Assembly: GCA_965262115.1 (NCBI GenBank) | Contig: OZ253496.1 | Coordinates: forward strand, 1,408,001 to 1,472,000 | Length of the DNA stretch: 64,000 bases | Source: Nitrospinales bacterium | GTDB lineage: Bacteria > Nitrospinota > Nitrospinia > Nitrospinales > VA-1 | Reading direction: 5' to 3' | In this document: positions 42,292 through 52,937 of the stretch, piece after piece | Numbering within the stretch: position 1 is the first letter of the stretch | How the letters are laid out: every line of letters starts with the position of its first letter | The notes under the pieces: model-generated | The model's input: the letters and a program-made list of their open reading frames with translations, nothing else | What the model was told of the DNA's origin: nothing | Databases searched by the model: none | Made by a program: the position numbers and the translations under genes

Positions 42292-43182
42292 ATGCCAAAA
42301 ACACGGGTTTGGGAAAGAATAGGGTCTTTGCCGGGGAACAACAACCTTGCCGATTTTTGTCGAAAGGTTGGCTTGAATTATGAAAAATTCAAGAAGAGCC
42401 ATAGGCGTAACAATGGACCTCCTGATTCCATAACCCTGGAAAAAATCGCCAGGCATTTCAGGCTGGACCTGGGATGGCTGATTACGGGCATCACTTCTTC
42501 CTCTCCCCTTAACCAGAGAATTGGTAAAAAGCTCAAACGTTTGAGAAAAAAGAATGGCTGGTCCCTTGAAGAACTGGGCAAGCGCGTTTCTCTCCTTCCG
42601 CAGGTTTTACAAAACTACGAAAATGGAAACTGGTCCATCTCCCCTGATTTGCTCAACGACCTGGCAGAAAAAATGAATATTCCGCCGAACGAGTTTTTGA
42701 AGGAAGGGGACACGTTTCCGGTGCAAGTGCCGGAATTGAAAATTTATCAACCCAGGAGCATCGCAGAAGCTCCAGCCATTAAAGGGGAAGACTATATCTC
42801 CATTCCTCTCACGGCCTCTTCCATCGCCGCCGGACAACCCATCATCCAGGAAAATAATATTGAGGATTATGTTCTGCTTCATATACGGGCGGCAGGCAAA
42901 AAGAAAAATCTGGTGGCCAGCCGGGTAGACGGGGATTCCATGGAGCCCATGTTGCACTCGGGCGACATTGTGGTCATTGACCGGGATGACAAAAAATTAT
43001 TGAAAAACCGTATCTTTGCCATCTTCTATGATGAGGGTTTAACAGCAAAATATGTGGAATCCCAACAAAACCTGTTGATTCTCAGGCCTATCAACCCCAA
43101 CTCTCAGGTACAAATCATCAACCTCAACGAGCATCCCGACCCCATTGTCGGCCGCGTTATTGGTGCCTGGAAAGAGCTTTAA
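42292..43182 (+). CDS. CI/LexA-like repressor: XRE HTH domain(s) plus S24 autopeptidase
   Basis: LKRLRKKNGWSLEELG...YENG; AAG cleavage site; VDGDSMEP; TAK. Confidence 0.88.
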   Translation: MPKTRVWERIGSLPGNNNLADFCRKVGLNYEKFKKSHRRNNGPPDSITLEKIARHFRLDLGWLITGITSSSPLNQRIGKKLKRLRKKNGWSLEELGKRVSLLPQVLQNYENGNWSISPDLLNDLAEKMNIPPNEFLKEGDTFPVQVPELKIYQPRSIAEAPAIKGEDYISIPLTASSIAAGQPIIQENNIEDYVLLHIRAAGKKKNLVASRVDGDSMEPMLHSGDIVVIDRDDKKLLKNRIFAIFYDEGLTAKYVESQQNLLILRPINPNSQVQIINLNEHPDPIVGRVIGAWKEL

Positions 43183-43247
43183 ACTCCTTCCACAATCCAG
43201 ACAATTTGATTTTACAATTTCCGCCTCGATAATCCATAATAGAGGCT

Positions 43248-43694
43248 ATGAGTGGTCAGGGTGGTGAAAAACCAAGAGAAGCCGACAAGAAAAAAGAACT
43301 CGGTCCCCCGCTCAAAATTCTAGTCGCCGATGACACAGCGGTTGACCTTGCCTTGGCGACAAAATTATTAAAAAGAAGGGGTCACGATATTATTGCGGTC
43401 GAGAATGGCCTCCAGGCTTTTGAAACTTTCAAGGAAACCTCCTTTGATGTTGTCCTGCTGGATATCCATATGTCCGCCATGGACGGTTTAGAATCCACAA
43501 ACAAAATCCGCGAATTTGAAGCTTCCCAACCTTCCCGGCCACCGACTCCTATCGTAGCCATGACCGCCAATAATGAACAAAGCGACCATGAAATATATTT
43601 AAAATCCGGGATGAACGGAATCATCACTAAGCCACTGGACATCAAAACCGTCGTTTCACAAATTCGAGAAATCATCGCAAGCTTCTCATGCTGA
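43248..43694 (+). CDS. Single-domain response regulator (receiver)
   Basis: ILVADD, LLDIHM, IVAMTAN, TKP. Confidence 0.9.
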   Translation: MSGQGGEKPREADKKKELGPPLKILVADDTAVDLALATKLLKRRGHDIIAVENGLQAFETFKETSFDVVLLDIHMSAMDGLESTNKIREFEASQPSRPPTPIVAMTANNEQSDHEIYLKSGMNGIITKPLDIKTVVSQIREIIASFSC

Positions 43695-43792
43695 ACCCGC
43701 AAGTGGGTTTTATTCCCCGTGGCTTGCCACGTCCTTTAAAATAACACTTTGTCAGGATACCCTGTCTGCTTGCAGCGGAGGTGTTCACTTTT

Positions 43793-44254
43793 TTAAGGGC
43801 TGGGTATTGCTTCTTTCGGGTAATAAAGGGTCACCACAATCTTATCCCCTGCGACAACCGATCCGACTTGAGTAAATTTTAAACCCAGCCGGTCGGACAC
43901 CAAAAACCCGATTGAAGAACCTAAAACCGTTTTTCCAAACTGGCTTCCGTCCGTTAATGTTCCGGGGTTGGTCTGGGCCCTTCCATTTTTTAAAACATCG
44001 ACCTTCATATCCTGGCCAGTGGGAGCGGTTTGCGCAAAAAGGCCGATTGCCTTTACCGTAATATTTTCCTGCGGAACAAACCCATCATAAAATATCACCC
44101 CATTAGCAGCGGAGTCGAGAACGGGAACGGTAAAACAAAACAAATTACCAAGATCATCCACCGCCTCGGAAAAATCGGAATATTCATTTTCCCAATTTAA
44201 ATCTCCGGCGGAGGGAACCGCAAGATTAAGGTTCGTTGTAAAAGTATTAGCCAT
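43793..44254 (-). CDS. Phage tail-associated hypothetical protein
   Basis: Last gene of the tail operon; RBS AAAGGAG; N-terminus TTNLNL. Confidence 0.55.
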   Translation of the reverse strand: MANTFTTNLNLAVPSAGDLNWENEYSDFSEAVDDLGNLFCFTVPVLDSAANGVIFYDGFVPQENITVKAIGLFAQTAPTGQDMKVDVLKNGRAQTNPGTLTDGSQFGKTVLGSSIGFLVSDRLGLKFTQVGSVVAGDKIVVTLYYPKEAIPSP

Positions 44255-44311
44255 AAAACTCCTTTCCAAAATTTAAATCCAAGGCCAAACGCTGGTATGA
44301 ATCAAAATTCT

Positions 44312-47203
44312 TTAATTTATTTCTGCACCGCCAAAACCCGAGCCCCCAAAACCCTGCAGCCCAAACCCCGCATTGCCGACAAGTCCGCGCATTTGCCGGG
44401 CGATTACAGGAACCGTATCCATACGTTGGGCAATTCCCGAACCCATAGACCTGCCGGCACCTAAAACCATGACTTTGACATTTTCCAATTCATGCGTAGG
44501 AGGGTTGATTTCAAGAATATCGCCCCGCTCAATTTCCATATTATCCAGCAGCAATTCAATCTCATAAACATCCCGGGGAAACCCGCGTTCCTGCAAATAA
44601 AATAAAGCCAGATCCGCCGCAAGGGCCTCGGTCCGAATCCAATTGAACTCAAAATCAGTCGGCTTTTCCTTTTGCCCAAACTGATTGATCGATTCGACAT
44701 CGTTGGCGCTTTCCACCGATTTATAGCCCTCGCCGGACCAGTTTTTGCGGTATTTCAGATCAATTTTATTCACCACATCCTCAATAGGATTACGCGTGGA
44801 TTTAAACCGAACCTGATTTTTGGAATCCAACAAAACCATATTGTCCAAAATGATTTTATCCGCGATGGTGCTGGTATTCACAAGGTTTAATCGACGAAAC
44901 AGAATTTTTGCCAATCCCAAATCCCAATAAAAAAAAGAACGACTTTCCTTGCCTCATTGATTCCAGAGTTCGCGGGCTGAAACCTTATTGGCTATTATCC
45001 CGGCCAACAAATAACCGGAAAATAAACCGCCCGCCTGATCCAGAGATGCAGAGTCCAAGACCGAGCTGCTGAAATTTAACGCTTTGAGAATCGACCATTT
45101 ATATACATGATCCGGTCTTTCAACAAGGGAGCCGGCCATCCCGGTCAGGGTTCCACTGGAATCATCCTTCACACCCTGGATATCAGCACTGACCTCATCG
45201 GTGAACTGGATTCGTCTTCGGGCGTACTCAATTTCATAAGCAAGGTGAACGATAAAGGCAGTGCGGCCATCGCTGGAGCCATTGTATTGAATTTGGGATT
45301 CCCGGTTGGTGAACCAGTTCCAGTCTCCATTCACATGGGTTGTGATATCAAAAAAATCAACCACACTGCGAGTGGCTTTTTCAGCCGTGGAATTAATCGC
45401 CGGGCGGGAAGAATGCTGGGTCAAGGACCCGGTTTTTGAGGTGGAAACATTGGTCCCTTGCGTACTCACGCTTAGCGGTGCATTCATGGTCACGACCCGC
45501 GTGGCAAAAGTCACCTTAAAAACAATAAATGTTGCGTTATGAGTGAGACGAATGGAGTTCGTGTCTGTATTGATATTGCCGCCTGTGGTATAGGTCTGCG
45601 TCGTTCCTTGCCGTCTCCACACCCTGTAGCTGCCTGAGGGATGCCCTCCATTATTTTTTGCATAAACATCCACGGTATTCGGTCCATTGATAGTTCCTGA
45701 CCATTCAAATCCAATTCCATATTCCGCTGTTGCCCAGGTACCCGGACCCGGATCGGGAAAAGTAATAATATGTTGCTGTCCGCTATTCAGGCCGATCGTT
45801 TGCCCACCGACCCCGGACAGGGCACTTTGCGTTATCTTTGGAGGAAGCGCTCCGGTATGCTGATGTTGTGGATCACTGATGGGGAACCCGAACGAGTCCA
45901 AATGCGTATGAGTGATATCCGTCGTCCCGCTCGAAAGCACCACATCATCCACAGCCGGAGCAGACAAGGTGCCGACCTGGCCCACCCCGGTAACATGGGC
46001 CGTCATATTGTCATTGGGAAGTTTCTCCTCAACAAAATGCTCGACCCGAAAAAGTACTTTACCAATGGTTCCAATATTAGCCAGGGAATCGGTTTGCCAT
46101 AACGATAGAACATTGGTGCTCTGGTTGATTTTGGCATAGGTCGTGGGGCTGTTGGGAATGTTGGCGTTGGTCGGATTAACAGCCGTATTCCCCGCGCCCA
46201 CTACATCGTTCTGCGCCTGTAAGAATTTGGTGTCGATGGAATCGGACTTTTTAGGCTTCGAGGAAAACACCACTTCCCCTTTAGCAACATCTACCGAAAA
46301 ATCTCCAGAATCGGCCAGATGGCCCCCGACACTGACGTTTGAAATCTCTTTAACAGGATAATCAGGGTCACTGAATAAATAACGATGGTCTGTCACCTTC
46401 TCGAGAACCGCATCCCCACTATAATGAAATTCATTGATCCCGGAACAACCCAAAAACTGGGTGGAGTTCAAACTGGTAAAGCTGATTTCATCATCATTGA
46501 CGATAACCGTCCCGGACGCCGAAAAATTATCAGTGGAGGCAACGTCCAGCAAAGACCCGCCGGGAATCGCCACCGACGTTAATTGCGTTTCTTGTGATTT
46601 CCGTACCAGAGTCCCGGGGGCTTCATCGACATTACCAATAACGATGGGCCTGATTTTTCCAACCGATGCTTCCGGAGCATTCGGGTAATCAGCAAGAGTG
46701 AGGGTGTTGCCGATCACTGTTGAACCATAACCCTGAGATATATCCACCAGGTCAAAAGTACAAATCGCCTCGTCATATTGGATCGGGTCTCCAATGCGGG
46801 CAATAAAAAGGACGCCAATATCCGCGTCGGTCAACCCGTCATCCGCAAACCACTGGTAAAGAGTCACCACAGCCGATTCAGGGGGACGATGGCGAAACAA
46901 ATTTGAAAACCGGGCCACCGGACTGAACAAGTCCACCGGCGCATTCACCACGTTCACCGTGAGGTTGGGGTAAGAATTGCTATCGGTTTGATCGGGGGAT
47001 ACCAGCCGGTCAAGGTTTCCCATATTATTCACCAGCGGGTACCAGTAAAGAGAGTTGATCGTGATCCCTTCCCGGTCGGTCAGCCTCAACGTCAACGCCG
47101 ACAACCCATTCATGGCAGACCAGTCAATTTGCAACAGGTTGACCGGTGCATTGCTCTTGTTGTTTCTGGAAGTGTTAAATCCGGATGTAAAATCGGTTCG
47201 CAT
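44312..47203 (-). pseudogene. Large phage baseplate hub/central tail protein with in-frame TGA at 44954-44956
   Basis: The 749-aa and 202-aa ORFs share a frame: LWNQ*GKESRSFFYWDLGLAKIL. Confidence 0.7.
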
Positions 47204-47282
47204 GACGAATAAAATAACAATAGGTTTATAAAGGGCTCTCTAATCCTTGCAAACTTTCACAAAGTCCCACATGAAAATTATT

Positions 47283-47600
47283 TCAGCCAATCGGGTTCTT
47301 ACTCATAGCCATCAACTCCAACTTGTCATCAATGCCTATCCGGCTTGAGCGAATCTTTTCATCAATCTCCTCCCGCACCCGGTTTTTCAGAATTTTCATC
47401 AACTGTTCTTTCCAGTCCTCCCTATATCTCAACTGGGCATAAAACTCGGCCCGAAGAGGAACGGATTTCTGGAAAGCAAAGGTCTCCCCCTTATAAAAAA
47501 CCCGGACCGGGAACAATTGCGTCTGCCCCACTTGCTGAATTTCCTCACCCTCCACCACAAGGTTGAATTCCTCAGCTTGGCACTGGCTCCAATCAATCAT
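47283..47600 (-). CDS. Hypothetical protein in tail operon
   Basis: AGGAG RBS; co-oriented with the operon. Confidence 0.6.
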   Translation of the reverse strand: MIDWSQCQAEEFNLVVEGEEIQQVGQTQLFPVRVFYKGETFAFQKSVPLRAEFYAQLRYREDWKEQLMKILKNRVREEIDEKIRSSRIGIDDKLELMAMSKNPIG

Positions 47601-47745
47601 ATTCGTCTCCTTTATCTATTTGCGGAAAACCGCGTGACCAGCGTGACGCTGGCCGGGCAGCACCCGGTGGTGATTGGGCAAAGATTTCAAGGCCGAGATA
47701 ACTTTTTGCTCGCCTGGAAAAGTTATTGCAATTTGCCCACGGCGG

Positions 47746-48126
47746 CTACGCCGGTTCTTTTCTAAGATCAATAGTCCCGGAATATTTGCCAAAGAGGACC
47801 AGTTGAAAATTAAATCCGTTCATCCATCGGACGGTATGAAGAGCTGCGTTCCGGTCCTCCAACTCAAAGGTGTTGAACGATTTTTTAACGGTATCAAAAA
47901 AGTTCTGGGCGCTGTCCCGATCCGATTGATTGATGCGGACAAAATTAAACTGGAAGGTCTGCCGTTGGCCGCCTTTTTCCTGGACATAAAGCGTGCCGCC
48001 CGCAGTGGCAGAACTAATCTGTTCCGGATAGTCCAGCACCTCCCCCGCCGGGTACTCCGGCTGGGTGACAGGCACCCATTGCGCCGACGGCGCGGACTTT
48101 GTCGGATAATAAAAACCAAAACTCAT
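47746..48126 (-). CDS. Putative distal tail (Dit-like) protein
   Basis: Directly after the tape-measure gene; 126 aa. Confidence 0.55.
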   Translation of the reverse strand: MSFGFYYPTKSAPSAQWVPVTQPEYPAGEVLDYPEQISSATAGGTLYVQEKGGQRQTFQFNFVRINQSDRDSAQNFFDTVKKSFNTFELEDRNAALHTVRWMNGFNFQLVLFGKYSGTIDLRKEPA

Positions 48127-48185
48127 AAAACATTCTCCAAATCACTAAATAAAAAAACTTCTTCCAATAAAAAACCATGGCCCGG

Positions 48186-48308
48186 TCGTCATTGCGAGGA
48201 GCCAAAGGCGACGACGCAATCCAAGAATACCCTTGCAGGGCATGAAGGCTAATGAGGAAATATCACAAACCTGGATCGCCGCGCTCCTTACAGTCGCTCG
48301 CGATGACG
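48186..48308 (+). repeat. GTCATTGCGAG...CTCGCGATGAC palindrome carrying a micro-element (48228-48267)
   Basis: TACCCTTGCAGGGCATGAAGGCTAATGAGGAAATATCACA in the loop. Confidence 0.75.
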
Positions 48309-48334
48309 CACAGGGTAGCAACCCAGCCTGGTGG

Positions 48335-49366
48335 CTAATTGATTCGGCGGTCAAGACGTTTGAGTTCATCACACATCATGAAAGCCATATTGCGGAACTC
48401 CTCCCGGTCGAGCTTGCTGCCGTTGGGAACATTGAAACTGAAATTAAGATTATTAATGCTCATTCCATTGGCCCCACTCTGGCGAAAATCATCGGCCTTG
48501 TTTTTTGACAAAACCGCTTCATCTTTATGGATCATGGCGATCATGTCCCTGGGAACCCGGTCGATACCGCTGTCAAAACTGGGAAGGCGTGGATTGGTGG
48601 TGGAGTCCACTGACTTGCTGAACCCTGTCAAATCCGGACTCGAAGTAAGAAACTCTGGCAGGCCATCATCGAAAAAGGAGTTGGATGAACCGGAAGGAGC
48701 CACTGAGCGGATTGTTTCTTCGATAATGGTGATTCTTTGAGTGATGTCCTGGGAGAATATTGCTTCAATTTCTGCACGAATGGCCTTGGCCTGTTCGGTG
48801 GCGTTATCCAGCAGGTTGATCGTGATCAAAACATCCTGCATATTCTGGATCTGTTCGAGGCAGGTTTTGGTGGTTTCAAGCGACTGCACCGTCTCCGGCG
48901 GTAGCGCCGGAGGTTCAGCATTGCCAAGCTGCTCCAGCGATTCTTTCACACCTCCTACATATTCTTCAATCGGTTGACCGGCCACTCGCCACTCTTGTAA
49001 TAATTGCTGTTCTTTCCATGCAATATAAAAAGCTCCTAAAGCAACTGTAGCAGCCCCAAATATCGAAGGCCATTTAACAATAACACCAGTCAAAGCCCCT
49101 ATTTTAAGAATTCCTTCAATAGTTTCCCATCCTAAAACTTCATCCTCCAGGCCAGTAAAAAATCCATCCATCGCTTCCTTAAAAGGTCGCCTTGATTCAT
49201 TTTCAATCTGCTGCACCTCTTCGTAGGCCTTCTTTAATTTTTCAATATTACGAAGTGACGATGCCAGAGAATTTGCCTCCTGCTGGACTTCATCCAAAGA
49301 TTTTTTTGCCGGTATGGAAAACTGATCATCAAGTTTAAGTATGATTTGTGTTTCTACATTTGCCAT
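48335..49366 (-). CDS. Short tape-measure-like protein (343 aa)
   Basis: N-terminal IILKLDDQFS, helical core with a TM patch, C-terminal FDSGIDRVPRDMIAMIHKDEAVL typical of TMP C-termini. Confidence 0.65.
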   Translation of the reverse strand: MANVETQIILKLDDQFSIPAKKSLDEVQQEANSLASSLRNIEKLKKAYEEVQQIENESRRPFKEAMDGFFTGLEDEVLGWETIEGILKIGALTGVIVKWPSIFGAATVALGAFYIAWKEQQLLQEWRVAGQPIEEYVGGVKESLEQLGNAEPPALPPETVQSLETTKTCLEQIQNMQDVLITINLLDNATEQAKAIRAEIEAIFSQDITQRITIIEETIRSVAPSGSSNSFFDDGLPEFLTSSPDLTGFSKSVDSTTNPRLPSFDSGIDRVPRDMIAMIHKDEAVLSKNKADDFRQSGANGMSINNLNFSFNVPNGSKLDREEFRNMAFMMCDELKRLDRRIN

Positions 49367-49448
49367 CTATAAAATCCTTAAAAAACAGGCCGTTAAAACT
49401 ATAAATTAAATATGATATAGTTCCGCAGACCCATATGGAGAAACAGCC

Positions 49449-49781
49449 ATGGCCTTGATTCCCTGTTTTGAGTGCGGAAAAGAAATCAGCGATAAAGCCG
49501 TAACCTGTCCCCAATGTGGAGTTCCAATTCCAATTAAAAAAGAAAAGAGAAGTGACTTTATTCTTTTCTTTGGTCGACTTTTTGGACAAATTCAAGCGGT
49601 TTGTAGAAAATGCCGATTTCCCATCAAGTCGGCAGGTCAGAATTTTTGTAAAACCTGCGGCACCTATTTTCCCTTCCATGAATCAAATAAAACTATTTCT
49701 TTGTTTTTTCTCATCGTGTTTTGTGTGTGGTTTTTTACCAAATTTTTATTTCCTAAAACATTTAGTTTCTTATTTTCATAA
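49449..49781 (+). CDS. Double zinc-ribbon membrane protein (moron-like)
   Basis: CFEC..CPQCG, CRKC..CKTCG, C-terminal TM. Confidence 0.7.
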   Translation: MALIPCFECGKEISDKAVTCPQCGVPIPIKKEKRSDFILFFGRLFGQIQAVCRKCRFPIKSAGQNFCKTCGTYFPFHESNKTISLFFLIVFCVWFFTKFLFPKTFSFLFS

Positions 49782-49900
49782 ACTCCACCTTATTTAAATC
49801 CAAACAACTTTAAAAAGGTCTACGGTTTTTGATCCTGCAAAACTCCCAATAAAATTATTTATAACTTTCCATTGCCTGCATTACTGGCACAGTAAACGGG

Positions 49901-50095
49901 TCATCAAGTTTAAGTATGATTTGTGTTTCTACATTTGCCATATATAAAGTCCTTAAATATAGTCGATTAAAACTTTAAATCAGCTATGGTATAATTCGGT
50001 CAACCAATATGGAGTATTTACCATGGCTTTGATCCCCTGTTTTGGGCGCGGAAAAGAAATCAGCGATAAAGCGGTAACTCATCCTAACGGTGGAA
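49901..50095. pseudogene. Degenerate duplicate of the TMP start plus the zinc-ribbon gene start
   Basis: 49901-49941 identical to 49326-49366; MALIPCFGRGKEISDKAVTHPNGG at 50023. Confidence 0.75.
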
Positions 50096-50205
50096 CCTGT
50101 TCCAAAAAAATAACTAATAAAAATCCCCCCTTCCCCATAACTCATGGAGTCATAGGGGTCGAGGGGTTGCCGCCCGTCAAGGAGGAGGTAACGGGCAACA
50201 AACCA

Positions 50206-50511
50206 TTAACCGTGGTCGGTGGGCCTCTGGCGATTCTGATATTTTTCCAATAAGGCCAGGGCTTTCCATTCGACAAGATCCAGATCATTTTTTGCAAAAG
50301 GGTAACCACCCTGTTTTAACAGCAGAAGGTTTTCCAGATACCACACCCATTTGCCGAACCCTTCAGAGTAGCGGTTGAGAATTTTCCGTGCCGGGTGATT
50401 TTCGATATTCCATTGCGGGTCATCTGTTTCTTCGTGAACCCATTGCAGGAATTTCTGGTACTCTACTTCCAGTCCCGGCACATCGTCCTGGAAGTAGGCG
50501 ATCAGTTTTTT
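50206..50511 (-). CDS. Tail assembly chaperone frameshift extension (gpT-like)
   Basis: Open in the -1 frame from slippery A AAA AAC at 50511-50505. Confidence 0.7.
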   Translation of the reverse strand, partial: KKLIAYFQDDVPGLEVEYQKFLQWVHEETDDPQWNIENHPARKILNRYSEGFGKWVWYLENLLLLKQGGYPFAKNDLDLVEWKALALLEKYQNRQRPTDHG

Positions 50512-50891
50512 AGTGTGGCGTGTTCCAAGTTGGCGGAGGTGCCTTCAAACACCATTGCCGCCGCGCATTTGAATGAGGCCTGGACATACTTTTTCCAGTT
50601 TGGAATTGAAGGGGTCAAAGGTTTTTCCTCGCCTGTAGCAGGGTCGGTAAAAACAACCTCTTCTTCGCCCTCTTTAGTTTTAACTTTAATGTCCATTAAA
50701 ATTGTTTCGATGAATTCAATACGCGCCTGCGAGGAGTGGTCATCGACATTGCCGGGAGAGACAAACTTGAACCGGTTTTTTTGGAACCGGCAAAACTCTT
50801 CGGTCGTGTAATCCCGCAAAACCAGAACAACCGTTTCCCCGCAATAAGGAATTTCTACTTTTATAATCCCTGGATTAATATTTATTGCCAT
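50502..50891 (-). CDS. Tail assembly chaperone (gpG-like)
   Basis: Between tail tube and TMP; ends CTA AAA AAC TGA. Confidence 0.7.
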   Translation of the reverse strand: MAININPGIIKVEIPYCGETVVLVLRDYTTEEFCRFQKNRFKFVSPGNVDDHSSQARIEFIETILMDIKVKTKEGEEEVVFTDPATGEEKPLTPSIPNWKKYVQASFKCAAAMVFEGTSANLEHATLKN

Positions 50892-50918
50892 TCATACCTC
50901 TATTCATTAAATGGTGTT

Positions 50919-51962
50919 TTAGTTTAAGTATCCTGTTTGCTCATTGATCACTTTCACAATCACCGAGCCGTAGGTCGTGTCTTCCAATATCTAAAACTCG
51001 GCATTCACGGTCACAACTTCCCCATCCCGGTCTTTTTTGGCTTCTTTATAAACCACCTTGGGGAAAATAAGGTCGCAGGAGTAATTGAACAAACCGGAAC
51101 CTCCCGCGATCACCGCTCCGGTAACGGGAATGTGCAACACATATTCGGTGCCGTTGACCAAGCCGGATTTATGGCTGTCGTCCTGCATTTCCAGAGTCGC
51201 GGTTAAAGTTTGCTGGAACCGGTCGCCGCGTTCAGCTCTCGTTACATATCCGGAACTGTCACCCATTTCATAAAATGTTTGCGCCTGGTTATCCATCGTC
51301 CAGTCAAAGGACAGCAAATCTGCCTTGAAGGATGTCGGCGAACCGCCAACCGCAAGATCTCCTCCGGCAACCGAACCAGAAATAGAACCCCCGCGATTAA
51401 AATTGACATCGCCATATCTTAAATAGGATTCTCCAACCACGGTTGGTTTGGAGTCGGAATTGGGTTCTTCTTTTCCATTGCCGCCAAACTGCGCCTCGAG
51501 TTTGACGAAGTCGCCCCTCGACCCGCTGATTTTGGCGGACTTCCCAAACAATCCGGAATAGCGCTTGTTGGCAATCCCGTCATACTCCACCAGGGTCACA
51601 GAGGGCAGAGCAATATTAGCAAGATCGCGCTCCATGAAATGCCGATAAACGGTGGGATCATTGGTATTATCTGGCTGGTCGGTGGTGACTTTTCCCATCA
51701 CCAGTGCAAGAAAAAATGCCAGGTTGTGCGGCATAGCTCGCTGTTGATGGGTACCATCGAGTTTCCAGTTAAGAATTTCCTGAATGGAGGGTTCATTGAG
51801 TCCGGTGGTCTCGTTTTCATCCGTCTGCACCTCATTCGGTTGCACATCGGTGATGGGACCTTCAAAATTAAAAGCGGTGGAAATTCCTGCCGGGGTTCCG
51901 TAACTGGCTTCTTTAGCAGTGGAAAATCCGCGCCATCCTGTGGTAATACGTTTGGTCGTCAT
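50919..51962 (-). pseudogene. Major tail tube protein with probable premature TAG at 50991-50993
   Basis: KEASYGTP N-terminus; VNAEF*ILEDTTYGSVIVKVINEQTGYLN* continues in frame. Confidence 0.65.
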
Positions 51963-51971
51963 AAAATGTCC

Positions 51972-52448
51972 TCAAAAATTAACGGTCAATTCAATTTGGG
52001 CAGTGGTGATGGAAATAAAATAATAATATTCCCCTTTTTTAAATTGTTCTTCGGTTGTGCTGACTTCCCGGACAAAACCCCCGATGCCAAGATCGTCGCT
52101 GGAGCTTTTTTGCTTATCCAGGACCCTTTCAATATTCGCCACCAGGGTATGATGAGCCGCCAACCCCAATTGGGCGTCCCTTTGCCGGGTCACGGCGATC
52201 ACCTGGGCTGGCACGGTTTCGCGAATCTCGTTAGTGGCTCCGGGCTCCTGCTGTTTGGCCTCGGCGTTGGGCACCACGGCGATGGCAGGCAGGTCGGCCG
52301 GGGCAAAAAACCGCGCGTCCTTTTCATCCTGAATGGAAAATCCCCTTTTATGGGTTTCAAGAGTCTTAACATTGGCGGAATTACCCACCCAGGAATCGTT
52401 TTCCAACGTTGTTTTAATGGCATTGCCAAGAACGGTATAATCGGTCAC
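51972..52448 (-). CDS. Putative tail terminator/completion protein
   Basis: Position before the tail tube; DLPAIAV motif. Confidence 0.55.
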   Translation of the reverse strand: MTDYTVLGNAIKTTLENDSWVGNSANVKTLETHKRGFSIQDEKDARFFAPADLPAIAVVPNAEAKQQEPGATNEIRETVPAQVIAVTRQRDAQLGLAAHHTLVANIERVLDKQKSSSDDLGIGGFVREVSTTEEQFKKGEYYYFISITTAQIELTVNF

Positions 52449-52459
52449 CGAGGCTCTCC

Positions 52460-52924
52460 TTAATTAAATTTCCGCTTGAGCGCAGTTTGAAAAATCTTTC
52501 CAGTTTCTTCCGCCGCCTCTTCTGTTGCTTCCCCCAGTACCCGAAATGCAGGAGTGCCAGGGTGTTTGACTTCTTTCACAGGGTGTTTTGCCCCCGGCCA
52601 GAATAAAAGTTTATTTCCCTTAGGCCTGATCATATGCGGACGACTGCCAAACTCAATGATGTCCGCCACGGGCGAGTTGCTTTCCAGCTTTGAGGTGAAG
52701 GACCCATCCCCATCCAGAAAATCAGATTTTATGGAGCGGAAATAATTACCCTTTCCCATATTGGGTTTACGGGTTGTGGATCGAACCCTTGCCTTTGCCA
52801 GATGTTCAGCGCGAAGCATTAATGCGTGAGCAGTTTCTCGCGTTGCCTCTTTCACGCCTTGTGATAAACGTAGAAAACGGGTCTTGATTTTTTCAAACGA
52901 ATCAAAACGGATAGAAATTGTCAT
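52460..52924 (-). CDS. HK97 gp10-like tail completion protein
   Basis: IEFGSRPH.I.P...L.W...V.HPGT. Confidence 0.7.
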   Translation of the reverse strand: MTISIRFDSFEKIKTRFLRLSQGVKEATRETAHALMLRAEHLAKARVRSTTRKPNMGKGNYFRSIKSDFLDGDGSFTSKLESNSPVADIIEFGSRPHMIRPKGNKLLFWPGAKHPVKEVKHPGTPAFRVLGEATEEAAEETGKIFQTALKRKFN

Positions 52925-52937
52925 CAGGTCTTTTGGG

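Noticed and set aside
43715..43790. CCCCGTGGCTTGCCACG...GATACCCTG palindrome resembling IS200/IS605-type miniature ends
   Set aside because: Single degenerate copy with no transposase; the family cannot be supported.
17147..44956. UGA read as Trp (two in-frame TGA at plausible Trp positions)
   Set aside because: TGA terminates core genes such as coaD, lnt, rsmG and etfA, and other interruptions are TAG or TAA.
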